A stretch of DNA of 38,623 nucleotides from a virus (taxonomy: Duplodnaviria; Caudoviricetes). The stretch covers positions 1 to 38,623 of the IMG/VR virus record IMGVR_UViG_3300011415_000012; one strand, written 5' to 3'. Below the pieces are notes generated by a model. The model ran no database searches, was not told the origin of the DNA, and was given only the letters and a program-made list of their open reading frames with translations. Below are positions 16,973-25,469 of the stretch, piece by piece. Position numbers and translations under genes: made by a program. How positions within the stretch are numbered: the first letter of the stretch is position 1; each line of letters begins with the position of its first letter.

Positions 16973-17980
16973 TCAGGAATCGTCATCTTCAATGCGGAGT
17001 TTATCGCCATATTCGGAAATGTGACCGAGGAAGTTAGCAGCGCGAATGGGTGAGTTATAATCGTGAGCGTCTTTATTTTGCGAGCAACCGGTAAAATCTC
17101 TATAACGCCCTGCGGGAGCTTTTACCCGTTTATATCCTGGCATTTCTCTATCAAGATATTCTTTCTCTTCCTTCGTGAGAGATTTACCCGATTGTGCGAG
17201 GGTTAATAATTCTTTGATTTGCTTCATGGCTTTTTTAGCTACCTTCTTGCTGGCCTTTTTGGTTTGTTGGGCTTGCTTACCTTTTTGCGCTAATTGTTCT
17301 CTTGTGGCTTGGTCGTCCTGTTTCTTTTGATGCTTAGCTAAATCACTCGAAGAGATTTCTAAATCAGAGAATAAACTAGGGTGAACGGTAATAATAGGCA
17401 TCTCGCTTCGAAATAACCCGTTTGCCGTCATATATTTTCGTTCTAATAGGGTTACGTACCCAAACTCAATAAATATGTCTAGCGCCCTTTTAACGCGTTG
17501 CTTGGTAGTATTGGCGAGCTTGGCTATGTATTCCAAACCGTAAGGGCTAAATACGCCAGAAGGTAATATTTTACCTAATGCCATATTTGCCAAGTTCACA
17601 CAATGCAATATCACCTGTCCGATTCGACAAGTAAGAGCCTCTCGGCTTTCTGACCTGCGTTGACGGTATGAACTATCTTTGTTTAGCTTGTTGCTATCGT
17701 AAAACATTTTACCAATCGGTAAACGCATGGAATGGTGATAAGCGGTTAGCATATTAGCTTTGGCTTGCTCAAGTACGGGGAAGCGTCGTTTATGATGCTT
17801 GGGAAATTCTGTAATAGTCGGACTAAACGGAACATGGCCGCAACGATTTCCGAAAGACCACGGTTGACAGACCCCCTCATTGTGGGGAATAATCGCCTCT
17901 GTGTTATCCGAGCTGCTCAGATTGTTACTGTCCCGTCGAAAGGTGTTCACAATCTGAGCAGGCATCCTACCTTGCATCAT
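16973..17980 (-). CDS. repA: Plasmid replication initiator, IncFII RepA-like
   Basis: RQRRSESREA motif, wHTH-like LEYIAKLANTTKQRVKRALDIFIEFGYV, then PIITVHPSLFSDLEIS resembling the IncFII RepA core; basic C-terminus; divergent from parA; AAGGA RBS before ATG 17980. Confidence 0.72.
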   Translation of the reverse strand: MMQGRMPAQIVNTFRRDSNNLSSSDNTEAIIPHNEGVCQPWSFGNRCGHVPFSPTITEFPKHHKRRFPVLEQAKANMLTAYHHSMRLPIGKMFYDSNKLNKDSSYRQRRSESREALTCRIGQVILHCVNLANMALGKILPSGVFSPYGLEYIAKLANTTKQRVKRALDIFIEFGYVTLLERKYMTANGLFRSEMPIITVHPSLFSDLEISSSDLAKHQKKQDDQATREQLAQKGKQAQQTKKASKKVAKKAMKQIKELLTLAQSGKSLTKEEKEYLDREMPGYKRVKAPAGRYRDFTGCSQNKDAHDYNSPIRAANFLGHISEYGDKLRIEDDDS

Positions 17981-18050
17981 ATTAAATCCTTCATCTAAAT
18001 CATTTAGATAAAAATAAACTGTAAGAGAAACTATCACCTAATCATTAGGT

Positions 18051-18146
18051 GCGTCAATAATATTTATTCTAAGCTGTTGAAAGTATTGACACGTCAATAC
18101 ACAGCAAGTGCAAAGCATTGACAGCATGTGCATTCTAGGGTACAAA
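18051..18146. promoter_or_regulatory. Divergent rep/parA control region
   Basis: Perfect palindrome GTATTGAC-AC-GTCAATAC (18083-18100); ACAGCAWGTGCA repeats at 18101 and 18121; TTGACA (18118)-17 bp-TACAAA (18141). Confidence 0.7.
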
Positions 18147-18175
18147 TCAATTTATTCAACATCCTAGAGGACGAC

Positions 18176-18961
18176 ATGACTAATATTATTGCCATCATCA
18201 ATCAAAAAGGGGGCGTCGGTAAAACAGCCACCACTTGCAATTTAGCCTATACCTTTTCTCAGAAAAACAAAAGGACGCTTTTAATTGACTTAGACCCCAG
18301 CGCTAATGCAACCCATATTTATATGCAAAATACGCCAACTTTGAGCATTAAAGATTTTTTGCTTTCTAAGGATATTCTAGCTACTTCGATATTACCGGCA
18401 TTTAATGGCGACTTTCCTATTAATAATCTTACCCTGATTCCCTCACATATCAGCTTGGCAATGACTGACCGAGAACTAGGAAATAAACCATTCAAAGAGG
18501 CCATATTAAATAAGAAGTTAAAATCAGAAATAATACAGAATAATTTTGATTGTATCTTAATTGACTGCCCCCCGAATCTAGGGACGCTTACCATTAATGC
18601 TATGTACGCCGCTGACTTTATCTTAATACCGGTAACTTATGAAAAAGACGCTCTCGAAGGGGTAGCCGATTTATTTGGTGTACTTGAGGAAATTAAAGAG
18701 GGGCATAATTACGAATTAAGAATTTTACGCAACCGACATGATGCTAGACGAAAAACCGCAAATACTTTCGTAGCTGAAAAGCTTCACCCCTTCATAGATC
18801 AAAATATTGTATGCAGTACAATTATTCATCAAGATGAAGAGGTCAATAAAGCTACTATCCAAAATCAATGTGTCCTGACGTATGCCCCTAAATGTACGGC
18901 ATCTCAGGATTATATCACTTTACGTACAGAATTAGAGGTTCTATTAAATGGCGGAAACTAA
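18176..18961 (+). CDS. parA: ParA/Soj-family partition ATPase (type Ib, no N-terminal HTH)
   Basis: Deviant Walker A NQKGGVGKT, LLIDLDP, ILIDCPPNLG; GAGGA RBS before ATG 18176. Confidence 0.95.
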   Translation: MTNIIAIINQKGGVGKTATTCNLAYTFSQKNKRTLLIDLDPSANATHIYMQNTPTLSIKDFLLSKDILATSILPAFNGDFPINNLTLIPSHISLAMTDRELGNKPFKEAILNKKLKSEIIQNNFDCILIDCPPNLGTLTINAMYAADFILIPVTYEKDALEGVADLFGVLEEIKEGHNYELRILRNRHDARRKTANTFVAEKLHPFIDQNIVCSTIIHQDEEVNKATIQNQCVLTYAPKCTASQDYITLRTELEVLLNGGN

Positions 18962-19232
18962 ACTAACACACGCAAAAATACCCACCAGAAATGCGAAAAA
19001 GCCTGAAAAGCTAGGATTACTTACACCTAAAAAACGTAAGGATATTACTTTTCGTTTTCGACGTGAAACACTGGAATTATTAGAGGATTTACTTAAAACC
19101 TACCGGATAAGTGGAAACCATAAAATATCTCGTACTGATATTTTAGAAACAATGGCCTTTTACGCTACTCAAATCAGCGTTGAAGAATTTAATGAAAAAT
19201 ATATGGAATATTCGAAGAAATATATTAAATAG
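18948..19232 (+). CDS. Small ParA partner, probable ribbon-helix-helix centromere-binding protein
   Basis: Overlaps the parA stop; flexible basic N-terminus, then KDITFRF strand + helix + ISRTDILE helix. Confidence 0.6.
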   Translation: MAETKLTHAKIPTRNAKKPEKLGLLTPKKRKDITFRFRRETLELLEDLLKTYRISGNHKISRTDILETMAFYATQISVEEFNEKYMEYSKKYIK

Positions 19233-19264
19233 CACTTGCACTGCACATACAGCATGTGTATAGT
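19232..19264 (+). promoter_or_regulatory. Sigma70 promoter of the recombination operon with GCACWTGC-type operators
   Basis: TTGCAC (19236)-17 bp-TATAGT (19259); GCACTTGCA at 19232 and ACAGCATGTGTA at 19249. Confidence 0.75.
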
Positions 19265-19333
19265 GATCGTATTGGGCAGTTATTAGAAGTAACCACCCAT
19301 TACTAAACAACCTCAACTAAATAGGAGTTGAAA

Positions 19334-19552
19334 ATGTCTAACGCGATAGTAATACAGAGTTTTGTATTTAAAAAGGAAAAGAGGAGTAAAATTAATCTAG
19401 CAACTCAGAAACAGGAGGTTTCTATGATCAGGAGATCAATGCTAGATGCTGTTACCGCTAAACAAAGAATGTCCATCCCATTTAGCTACACATGGCTAAA
19501 GTTTAAAACGGGGTTTTTTGGTCTGACTTTGAAAAGAGGGGTAATAGCATGA
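19334..19552 (+). CDS. Small basic hypothetical protein
   Basis: AACTAAATAGGAGTT leader, the same 15-mer as in the 62-bp repeat. Confidence 0.55.
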   Translation: MSNAIVIQSFVFKKEKRSKINLATQKQEVSMIRRSMLDAVTAKQRMSIPFSYTWLKFKTGFFGLTLKRGVIA

Positions 19553-19962
19553 ATACTTACCAACGCTTAACAAATGAAATTGATTCATTGATTAAGACAG
19601 AGGGAAGGACAGGGATAGACGGTTACTCACTCGACTGGACGGATTTAGACGAGAGCGACCAAAACAAAGTAGTGGCTTTATTTTTAGATTATGACGATAG
19701 GGATTTATTTTCTATCTACGAAAACGAAAAGTATGACGATATTGTCTGCTCGTTATTGACGATGCTGTCTAAAGATGCGCGCGATTCCGATCAGGATTTC
19801 GCGGAGTGTCTTAAGAAAAACCTCGTTAGGTATTACGCGAAACGCGCTCAAGAGTTAATCGAGGAGCGTTGCGCAGAGGTGGAAGCAGCAGAGCATTGGG
19901 AACATAACCAAGTTAAACGCCAGGATAGAAACACGGGCGAATACTACTGGTCAACCATTTAA
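19549..19962 (+). CDS. Acidic helical hypothetical protein upstream of exonuclease/Bet
   Basis: GAGGGG RBS; D/E-rich. Confidence 0.7.
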   Translation: MNTYQRLTNEIDSLIKTEGRTGIDGYSLDWTDLDESDQNKVVALFLDYDDRDLFSIYENEKYDDIVCSLLTMLSKDARDSDQDFAECLKKNLVRYYAKRAQELIEERCAEVEAAEHWEHNQVKRQDRNTGEYYWSTI

Positions 19963-19980
19963 TAATGAGGAGTATTTATC

Positions 19981-20823
19981 ATGGCTTTAACAGAAAAGAA
20001 TGTAGAAAACCGTAAGAAAGGCATAGGCGCAAGTGAAGCAGGAATCGTAATGGGATTAAATGCAAATGTTTCACCGTATCAACTATGGATGGTGAAAACA
20101 GGTAGAGCGCAACCGGATGACTTATCAGAGTTACCACAAGTTTATTGGGGAACGATGCACGAGGAACCGATTGCCCAGCATTACGCGAAGTTAATGAATT
20201 GCAAGGTTAGACGAGTCACAAATACATTGTTCCACAAAGAACATGCGTTTATGCTCTGCCACCTTGATCGCAAGATAGAGGGATTGTCGAAAGTTTTAGA
20301 ATGTAAATTTGCAATGTTTGCAAGGGATGATTGGGGGATGAGTGGTAGCGATATTGTGCCATTACCCTACATCGTACAAGTACAGTATCAGCTAGCCGTA
20401 ACAGGCTACCAGGAAGCCGATTTAGCCGTATTAATCGGTGGTTGGGATTACAGAGTTTATCACTTCAAAAGAGATGAAGAGTTAATAGCTAAGATCATAG
20501 AGGAAGTGTCAGAGTTTTGGAAATGCGTTGAGACAGATACACCACCACCGCTAAGAGATCGAGCCGATGCAGAGTTGGCTTATCCTTTCTCTAACGGCAA
20601 TTTTAAGGAAGCCGAGCCGGAAGTGGTGCAAGTTGTGGAACAATTTAGAGAAGTACGCGCCAAGACAAAAGAACTGGAAGAACAAAAGGAAAAGTTAAGC
20701 GACAGACTAACACTATTCTTGAAAGACGCTGAGGGCTTGCGTGTTCATGATCAAGTGTTAGCGACTTGGAAACCAACCGCACGAGGAAATCGTGTATTAA
20801 GAGTGATGGAGGCTAGAGCATGA
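19981..20823 (+). CDS. YqaJ-type (lambda exonuclease-like) recombination nuclease
   Basis: RKKGIGASE, SPYQLW..KTG, WG..HE..IA, LDR...LECK, Y..QVQYQL.VTG. Confidence 0.93.
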   Translation: MALTEKNVENRKKGIGASEAGIVMGLNANVSPYQLWMVKTGRAQPDDLSELPQVYWGTMHEEPIAQHYAKLMNCKVRRVTNTLFHKEHAFMLCHLDRKIEGLSKVLECKFAMFARDDWGMSGSDIVPLPYIVQVQYQLAVTGYQEADLAVLIGGWDYRVYHFKRDEELIAKIIEEVSEFWKCVETDTPPPLRDRADAELAYPFSNGNFKEAEPEVVQVVEQFREVRAKTKELEEQKEKLSDRLTLFLKDAEGLRVHDQVLATWKPTARGNRVLRVMEARA

Positions 20824-21707
20824 GTAATTTAGCAATACTTGAAAACAAATCAATGAGCATTTGGGACTCTTCCGACGATCTTAAACAGATCAAGGAAATC
20901 TACGGAAAGGGCTTATCAGCCGGTGAATTTAACACGCTCGTCCAAATGGGACGAGCGACTGGGTTAAATCCATTCTTGAAAGAAATATGGGCGGTTAAGT
21001 ATGGCGACAACCCCGCACAGATTTTCATAGGCCGAGATGGTTATAGGAAGAGCGCTCAACGTCATTCACTTTATGATTATCATGTTGCTGACGCTGTGTA
21101 CAGCAATGATCTTTTTGAAATGAATAACGGCCAGGTTACTCACAAATACAACCTAAAAGATAGGGGTACGTTGGTGGGCGCCTACTGTACAGTTCAACGT
21201 AAAGGGTCATCCAGACCTACTTATGTTTACTGTGATTTAAAGGAATATTCAACAGGTAAGAGTTTGTGGAACCCTCAAACGGGGAAACAAGCCACCATGA
21301 TTAAAAAGGTTGCTGAATGCCAAGGGTTAAAGAGTTCTTTTCAAGAATTATTTGCCGGTACTTATTCCGATGTTGAGGAATTTAATACAGCGGAAGTCAC
21401 TAGCAATACGAAACCTGGAAAGGGCGTGGAAGGGCTTAAGGCTAAACTAGGAATGGCACCAAAAGAAGAAGAAATCCAAGACGTAGACTTTAATCACGAA
21501 ACAGGCGAAGTGATTGAAGCTGAGGTTGAAGTAATGGAGCCAGAGTCAGACGGTATGAGCGCTGATACGATCATATTTTTAATTGAGAGTGCGGGTAATT
21601 CAAAAGAGTTAATAGAGGCCATGAAGCACCTGAAAGACCTATCAGACGATGACAAAAAGAAAGTGTACGCGCTTTACAAAAAGAAAGAAGCCGAGTTTAA
21701 GAAGTAA
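20820..21707 (+). CDS. bet: Bet/RecT-family single-strand annealing protein
   Basis: TGLNPFLKEIWAVKY, IGRDGYRK, GAYC.V.RKG, MIKKVAECQ.L. Confidence 0.9.
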   Translation: MSNLAILENKSMSIWDSSDDLKQIKEIYGKGLSAGEFNTLVQMGRATGLNPFLKEIWAVKYGDNPAQIFIGRDGYRKSAQRHSLYDYHVADAVYSNDLFEMNNGQVTHKYNLKDRGTLVGAYCTVQRKGSSRPTYVYCDLKEYSTGKSLWNPQTGKQATMIKKVAECQGLKSSFQELFAGTYSDVEEFNTAEVTSNTKPGKGVEGLKAKLGMAPKEEEIQDVDFNHETGEVIEAEVEVMEPESDGMSADTIIFLIESAGNSKELIEAMKHLKDLSDDDKKKVYALYKKKEAEFKK

Positions 21708-21821
21708 GTTGTTATGGCCGACGATAACTAACTGAGGGTTTCCTCATAACCATTTGTCCGTCCTAGCGGCGTGGAGGAAGTGAAAATAGGCCACCTTTTA
21801 ATAAATAGGGAGAGCCAACGA

Positions 21822-22034
21822 ATGACGGATATTCAGACACGGAAAGAAAACTTTTTAGATAGTTTTTTAGTAGGTCAATGCGTCGCACGAATGGACAGGA
21901 TACATAAGCATTTAATCCAAGGTGAGCATAAAGAAGCGCTTTCCGAAATGAACGAAGCTATGCGTTTCATGAATGAGAAAATTGATAAGTTTTACTATCA
22001 GCCAGCGGAGGAGGCGACCAGTGAGTCAAAATGA
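21822..22034 (+). CDS. Hypothetical protein
   Basis: GGGAG RBS supports ATG at 21822 rather than GTG at 21771. Confidence 0.6.
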   Translation: MTDIQTRKENFLDSFLVGQCVARMDRIHKHLIQGEHKEALSEMNEAMRFMNEKIDKFYYQPAEEATSESK

Positions 22035-22374
22035 GTTTGAAGTATCGAAAGAAGAATTAGAATTGTTTAGTAAAATAAATTCTGCTCGTGAAAGTCTGCA
22101 TGAATGTGATGAATTCATGCAGCAAACTAAGGCAAAAATAGTTTCCCTTGCTATTGATCTTACTACCCTTGAAATGAATTTATATCTTAAGAAGTTATTT
22201 TTATGCAACGTACATAATCTTGCAGAAGAGCAATATATTTGGCTTACCGATCAACTCATGGCAAAGATAAATTTAATTTTCAAAGTAGTTGAAGAACGAT
22301 TCGGAAGAGACAAAAAAAATGGAGCAGCTAACACAGCTAACAAGGAAAAATTAAATGGACAATCAAATATGTAA
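22021..22374 (+). CDS. Hypothetical helical protein
   Basis: GGAGGAGG RBS before GTG at 22021. Confidence 0.6.
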   Translation: MSQNEFEVSKEELELFSKINSARESLHECDEFMQQTKAKIVSLAIDLTTLEMNLYLKKLFLCNVHNLAEEQYIWLTDQLMAKINLIFKVVEERFGRDKKNGAANTANKEKLNGQSNM

Positions 22375-22606
22375 TTTCTACATCGTCAATATTCGAGATC
22401 AATATTACATTTTTAGTCAAGGCGCTTTTATTGATGAAGTAGGCGGTTTTCATACAAGTGAATTAGCCCACTTATGGTTAATTGAAAAAGCAAAAGAATT
22501 ATCTACCGATGCAATCACGGTTCAATGTGTCGAAGTAGAAAGGGAATTTATTTTTATTAAAGAAAAGGTCGAAAATGAAACCGATAACTTGGAAAACATA
22601 CTTTAG
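22355..22606 (+). CDS. Hypothetical protein
   Basis: AAGGA RBS; overlapping operon arrangement. Confidence 0.55.
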   Translation: MDNQICNFYIVNIRDQYYIFSQGAFIDEVGGFHTSELAHLWLIEKAKELSTDAITVQCVEVEREFIFIKEKVENETDNLENIL

Positions 22607-23042
22607 AGCCTCGTTGCTTACGTCTGTGCCAGCGATAGTCGTATCCTATTTATACGGCTATTACGCTGCATGGATTTATTTTCTTGCCTTTGGTTTAGGC
22701 ATGATGTTTCAAGCTGAAATAACATTGTGGGATTTTGCAAAAATTATATGGGATGATTTTAAGCGTGAAATTCGTTATTTGAATTGTCGAATAAGACGAC
22801 ATAAATTGATTCATAGTCATTTCACTTCCGATATGATTATTTTTCAAGAATCTGAATATGCACACTGTCCTAAATGCAAGGCGTTTATACGAACAAAGAC
22901 AAATCCCAAACAGCCAACAAGGGCTTTTGTTTTTGAAGGTATAGACTGTCTATACTGCAAAAGAAAACATCCAATGACAGCTATTTGTAAGGCTCTGGTT
23001 GATCACATTAAGGTAGAGGTGAACAAACGTGAGCAACTATAA
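22575..23042 (+). CDS. Membrane-anchored protein with Cys/His Zn-binding motifs
   Basis: Two N-terminal hydrophobic segments; CRIRRH...CPKC and CLYC..KH...C. Confidence 0.55.
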   Translation: MKPITWKTYFRASLLTSVPAIVVSYLYGYYAAWIYFLAFGLGMMFQAEITLWDFAKIIWDDFKREIRYLNCRIRRHKLIHSHFTSDMIIFQESEYAHCPKCKAFIRTKTNPKQPTRAFVFEGIDCLYCKRKHPMTAICKALVDHIKVEVNKREQL

Positions 23043-23421
23043 GAATGAGAAGCTCGACAAAATTTATAGAAGCCTACCCAAGCTAAACTGTAAAAGGTTA
23101 TGCCAAGCTTCATGCAGTACGATTCCAGTCGGAGACTATGAGAAAAAACGTATTGCCGCATGGCTTGGCTATCAGCCTTTTGATGAGCCGGAAGTGATAC
23201 TTGAAAAGCTTCAACGACATGAGTTCAAACTAGAATGCTCTTTACTTAAAGAGGGTTTGTGTAGCGTACATCGTATGCGTCCTTTGATTTGCCGCCTATT
23301 CGGTTTAGTCAAAGGCATGAGCTGCCCTTTTGGGTGTGTACCTGAACGCTGGTTAAGTGACGAGGAAGCACGCAAACTTTTAACTAAGGCAGAATATTTT
23401 GAGAAGGTAAAAAAAGCATGA
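23029..23421 (+). CDS. YkgJ-family cysteine-cluster (Zn/Fe-chelating) protein
   Basis: CKRLCQASC...CSLL..GLCSVH.MRPLICRLFG. Confidence 0.85.
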   Translation: MSNYKNEKLDKIYRSLPKLNCKRLCQASCSTIPVGDYEKKRIAAWLGYQPFDEPEVILEKLQRHEFKLECSLLKEGLCSVHRMRPLICRLFGLVKGMSCPFGCVPERWLSDEEARKLLTKAEYFEKVKKA

Positions 23422-23681
23422 TGAACGCGACTCTTCATTATCGACCAAAGATCGAAACCATTATTGAGGAAGTCATAAAGAGTTATAAACACCAGTGTTT
23501 TTTACATCTACCTGGTCGTTTAAAACGTGGCGCCTACGTAGAAGTACAGGTCGCCATTATCACCGGTGTTATGCAAACGATGATTCAATATTTAGAAAAA
23601 GTCGGTGCTAACACTACAGAGTTAAAAGATATTTTTCATCAAGTCAGTGAAGCGGTTAGCTTCCATTTTAAAACGGAGTAG
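23418..23681 (+). CDS. Hypothetical protein
   Basis: Coupled ORF (ATGA overlap). Confidence 0.55.
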   Translation: MMNATLHYRPKIETIIEEVIKSYKHQCFLHLPGRLKRGAYVEVQVAIITGVMQTMIQYLEKVGANTTELKDIFHQVSEAVSFHFKTE

Positions 23682-23684
23682 TTC

Positions 23685-24257
23685 ATGGAATTTTGCGACA
23701 AACATAAAGAAGAATTAGATAATAAAACTGAGAATGGCGCATCGAGAATGCTTAATGCTTTATTAAATATTGTCGGCACTTCTTTCCCAGAAAACAGCTT
23801 ATTTAATGGTATTTTACAGATTCGTGACCATAACGAAATGACTCAGTTTATTTCACCAGGAACAATTTTACATCTCATTTATAGTTTAGATAAAGAAGGT
23901 AATAGTACCGAAACAGCGCCTTATATTTGTCTAGGTGAGTACGATAAAAAATTATATTTCTTGCATCATCAAAGTCTAAGCATGGAATTTATTTGCTATA
24001 TGCTCGCAGTAAATAAAAACTATGAAAAATCTTATATGAATATTGAAATAGAAAAACATGACGCTTATATGGGAATGATTAAGTTTGGCGGAAGTTTCAC
24101 AAAAGCATTAGGTGAAGCGCTAGCACATGCTGATTCTGTCAATGCTGCAATAATTAAAGAAGCTTTTAAGGATGTATGGGACAAACACAGAGAATTATTT
24201 AAAAAATCTGAGGCTAATAAATCTCAAGATTCTTCCCCAAAAGATTCAGAGTGTTGA
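23685..24257 (+). CDS. Hypothetical protein with C-terminal GGSF..AL...AD..N module
   Basis: GGAG RBS; last plus-strand gene; overlaps the convergent gene by 34 nt. Confidence 0.6.
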   Translation: MEFCDKHKEELDNKTENGASRMLNALLNIVGTSFPENSLFNGILQIRDHNEMTQFISPGTILHLIYSLDKEGNSTETAPYICLGEYDKKLYFLHHQSLSMEFICYMLAVNKNYEKSYMNIEIEKHDAYMGMIKFGGSFTKALGEALAHADSVNAAIIKEAFKDVWDKHRELFKKSEANKSQDSSPKDSEC

Positions 24258-24574
24258 TAGTCTGAATTACTAGCAAACATCCCTAAGCTTTTTAAATCTT
24301 CGGTGAGAGAATTAAAGTCTTTCACCGCTGTATTTATCTTGTAGTGATCCATATTCACGACGCCTAATAGAATAACCACCAATAGAGGATATAACGCGAG
24401 AAGAGACTTATATACGCGCTTTTTAACAGCACGTTCCTGTAGGTCTTGCTCAAGAACATTGATGCGAGAATATAACTTCTCTGAGGTTTCCGTTAAGCGG
24501 TTAAGATTAAAATTAATAACCTTAATGCTCTCCATTAACGCATCAATGGCAGTCAACATTTCCGTATGTTGCAT
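24224..24574 (-). CDS. Coiled-coil membrane protein
   Basis: Heptad N-terminus, one TM segment LLALYPLLVVILLGVV; GAGGA RBS. Confidence 0.65.
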   Translation of the reverse strand: MQHTEMLTAIDALMESIKVINFNLNRLTETSEKLYSRINVLEQDLQERAVKKRVYKSLLALYPLLVVILLGVVNMDHYKINTAVKDFNSLTEDLKSLGMFASNSDYQHSESFGEES

Positions 24575-24585
24575 ACCACATCCTC

Positions 24586-24617
24586 AAAAACCGCGAATGG
24601 GAGGAAGCATCCGCGGT
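24586..24617 (-). terminator. Rho-independent terminator after the virion operon
   Basis: CCGCGGATG-loop-CATTCGCGG followed by TTTTT. Confidence 0.65.
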
Positions 24618-24629
24618 CTTATTATTTGC

Positions 24630-25400
24630 TTAAACAACATCCTCAAAGCCTTGAACCCAAATATCAGAATCGCATGAACCGGCGGAGTTGATATAAAGGA
24701 CTTTAGGCGTAGCAGTATCAAGCTTAGCCAACACTGGCACTTGCATGGACTGCTTAATAGCAGCAACCGCGCCACTAATACCTGGGATAACTGTAGCGGT
24801 TGAGCCGAAAGGCGCAAACTTCACAGTGTCACCGGCTGTAGCTGGCGTAAATTCAACGAAGAAGTTCACCTTCATGTTGTCCAGAGGAGGACACGAAGCC
24901 GAAACGTCGATTGCTGTTAAAGCCGTAGCTGTACCGCTGGTCAATGCTACGATCATCGTATCGTAAGCGTATTGACGTAAATTTCCAGCGCCACTTTGAT
25001 AGAAAGCTAACAATGCGGAACCAGCGCTCGATCTTAACCAGCCAATACGTCTGTATTGATCGTAAGGGCGATTTACAACAGAGCCATTAGGTAACAATGG
25101 GGTTGCAGACAAAGAAGCTAAGACGCCCGATGGATTAGCTCCTAATGAATCACCAATTGCATAAACGTAGTAAAGCTTAGAGGCACCAATAGCGCCCGTA
25201 TCAATACCGTTTAATCCAACTAAAGCGAAATTTAATGTTTTAGCAGAAGAAAGTTCGATATTGTTTTCATCTTCGGAATCACGGCAATTACCGGCGGATA
25301 CCGTTGCTGTCGTAGCAGAGGCATAAGCCAAGTTCATCCCTTGAATCTCGTTTTTGTTTAATCGTAAGTAAGCGTAATCATTATTTCCTGCGACAGTCAT
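24630..25400 (-). CDS. Probable virion structural protein (tail- or head-associated)
   Basis: GGAGG RBS before MTVAGNN; G.NGIDTG...YYVYAI and YRRIGW motifs seen in phage fibre domains. Confidence 0.65.
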   Translation of the reverse strand: MTVAGNNDYAYLRLNKNEIQGMNLAYASATTATVSAGNCRDSEDENNIELSSAKTLNFALVGLNGIDTGAIGASKLYYVYAIGDSLGANPSGVLASLSATPLLPNGSVVNRPYDQYRRIGWLRSSAGSALLAFYQSGAGNLRQYAYDTMIVALTSGTATALTAIDVSASCPPLDNMKVNFFVEFTPATAGDTVKFAPFGSTATVIPGISGAVAAIKQSMQVPVLAKLDTATPKVLYINSAGSCDSDIWVQGFEDVV

Positions 25401-25469
25401 TTTAACTTCCTCCATGAATTGAAAAAATGGTAGATATATCCTACCACCAAACACCATTATATGCTCAAG

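Noticed and set aside
21755-21795. HDV-like (theta) ribozyme suggested by CCG-UCCUAG-CGG
   Set aside because: No 7-bp P1 and no J4/2 catalytic C segment or P2 partner
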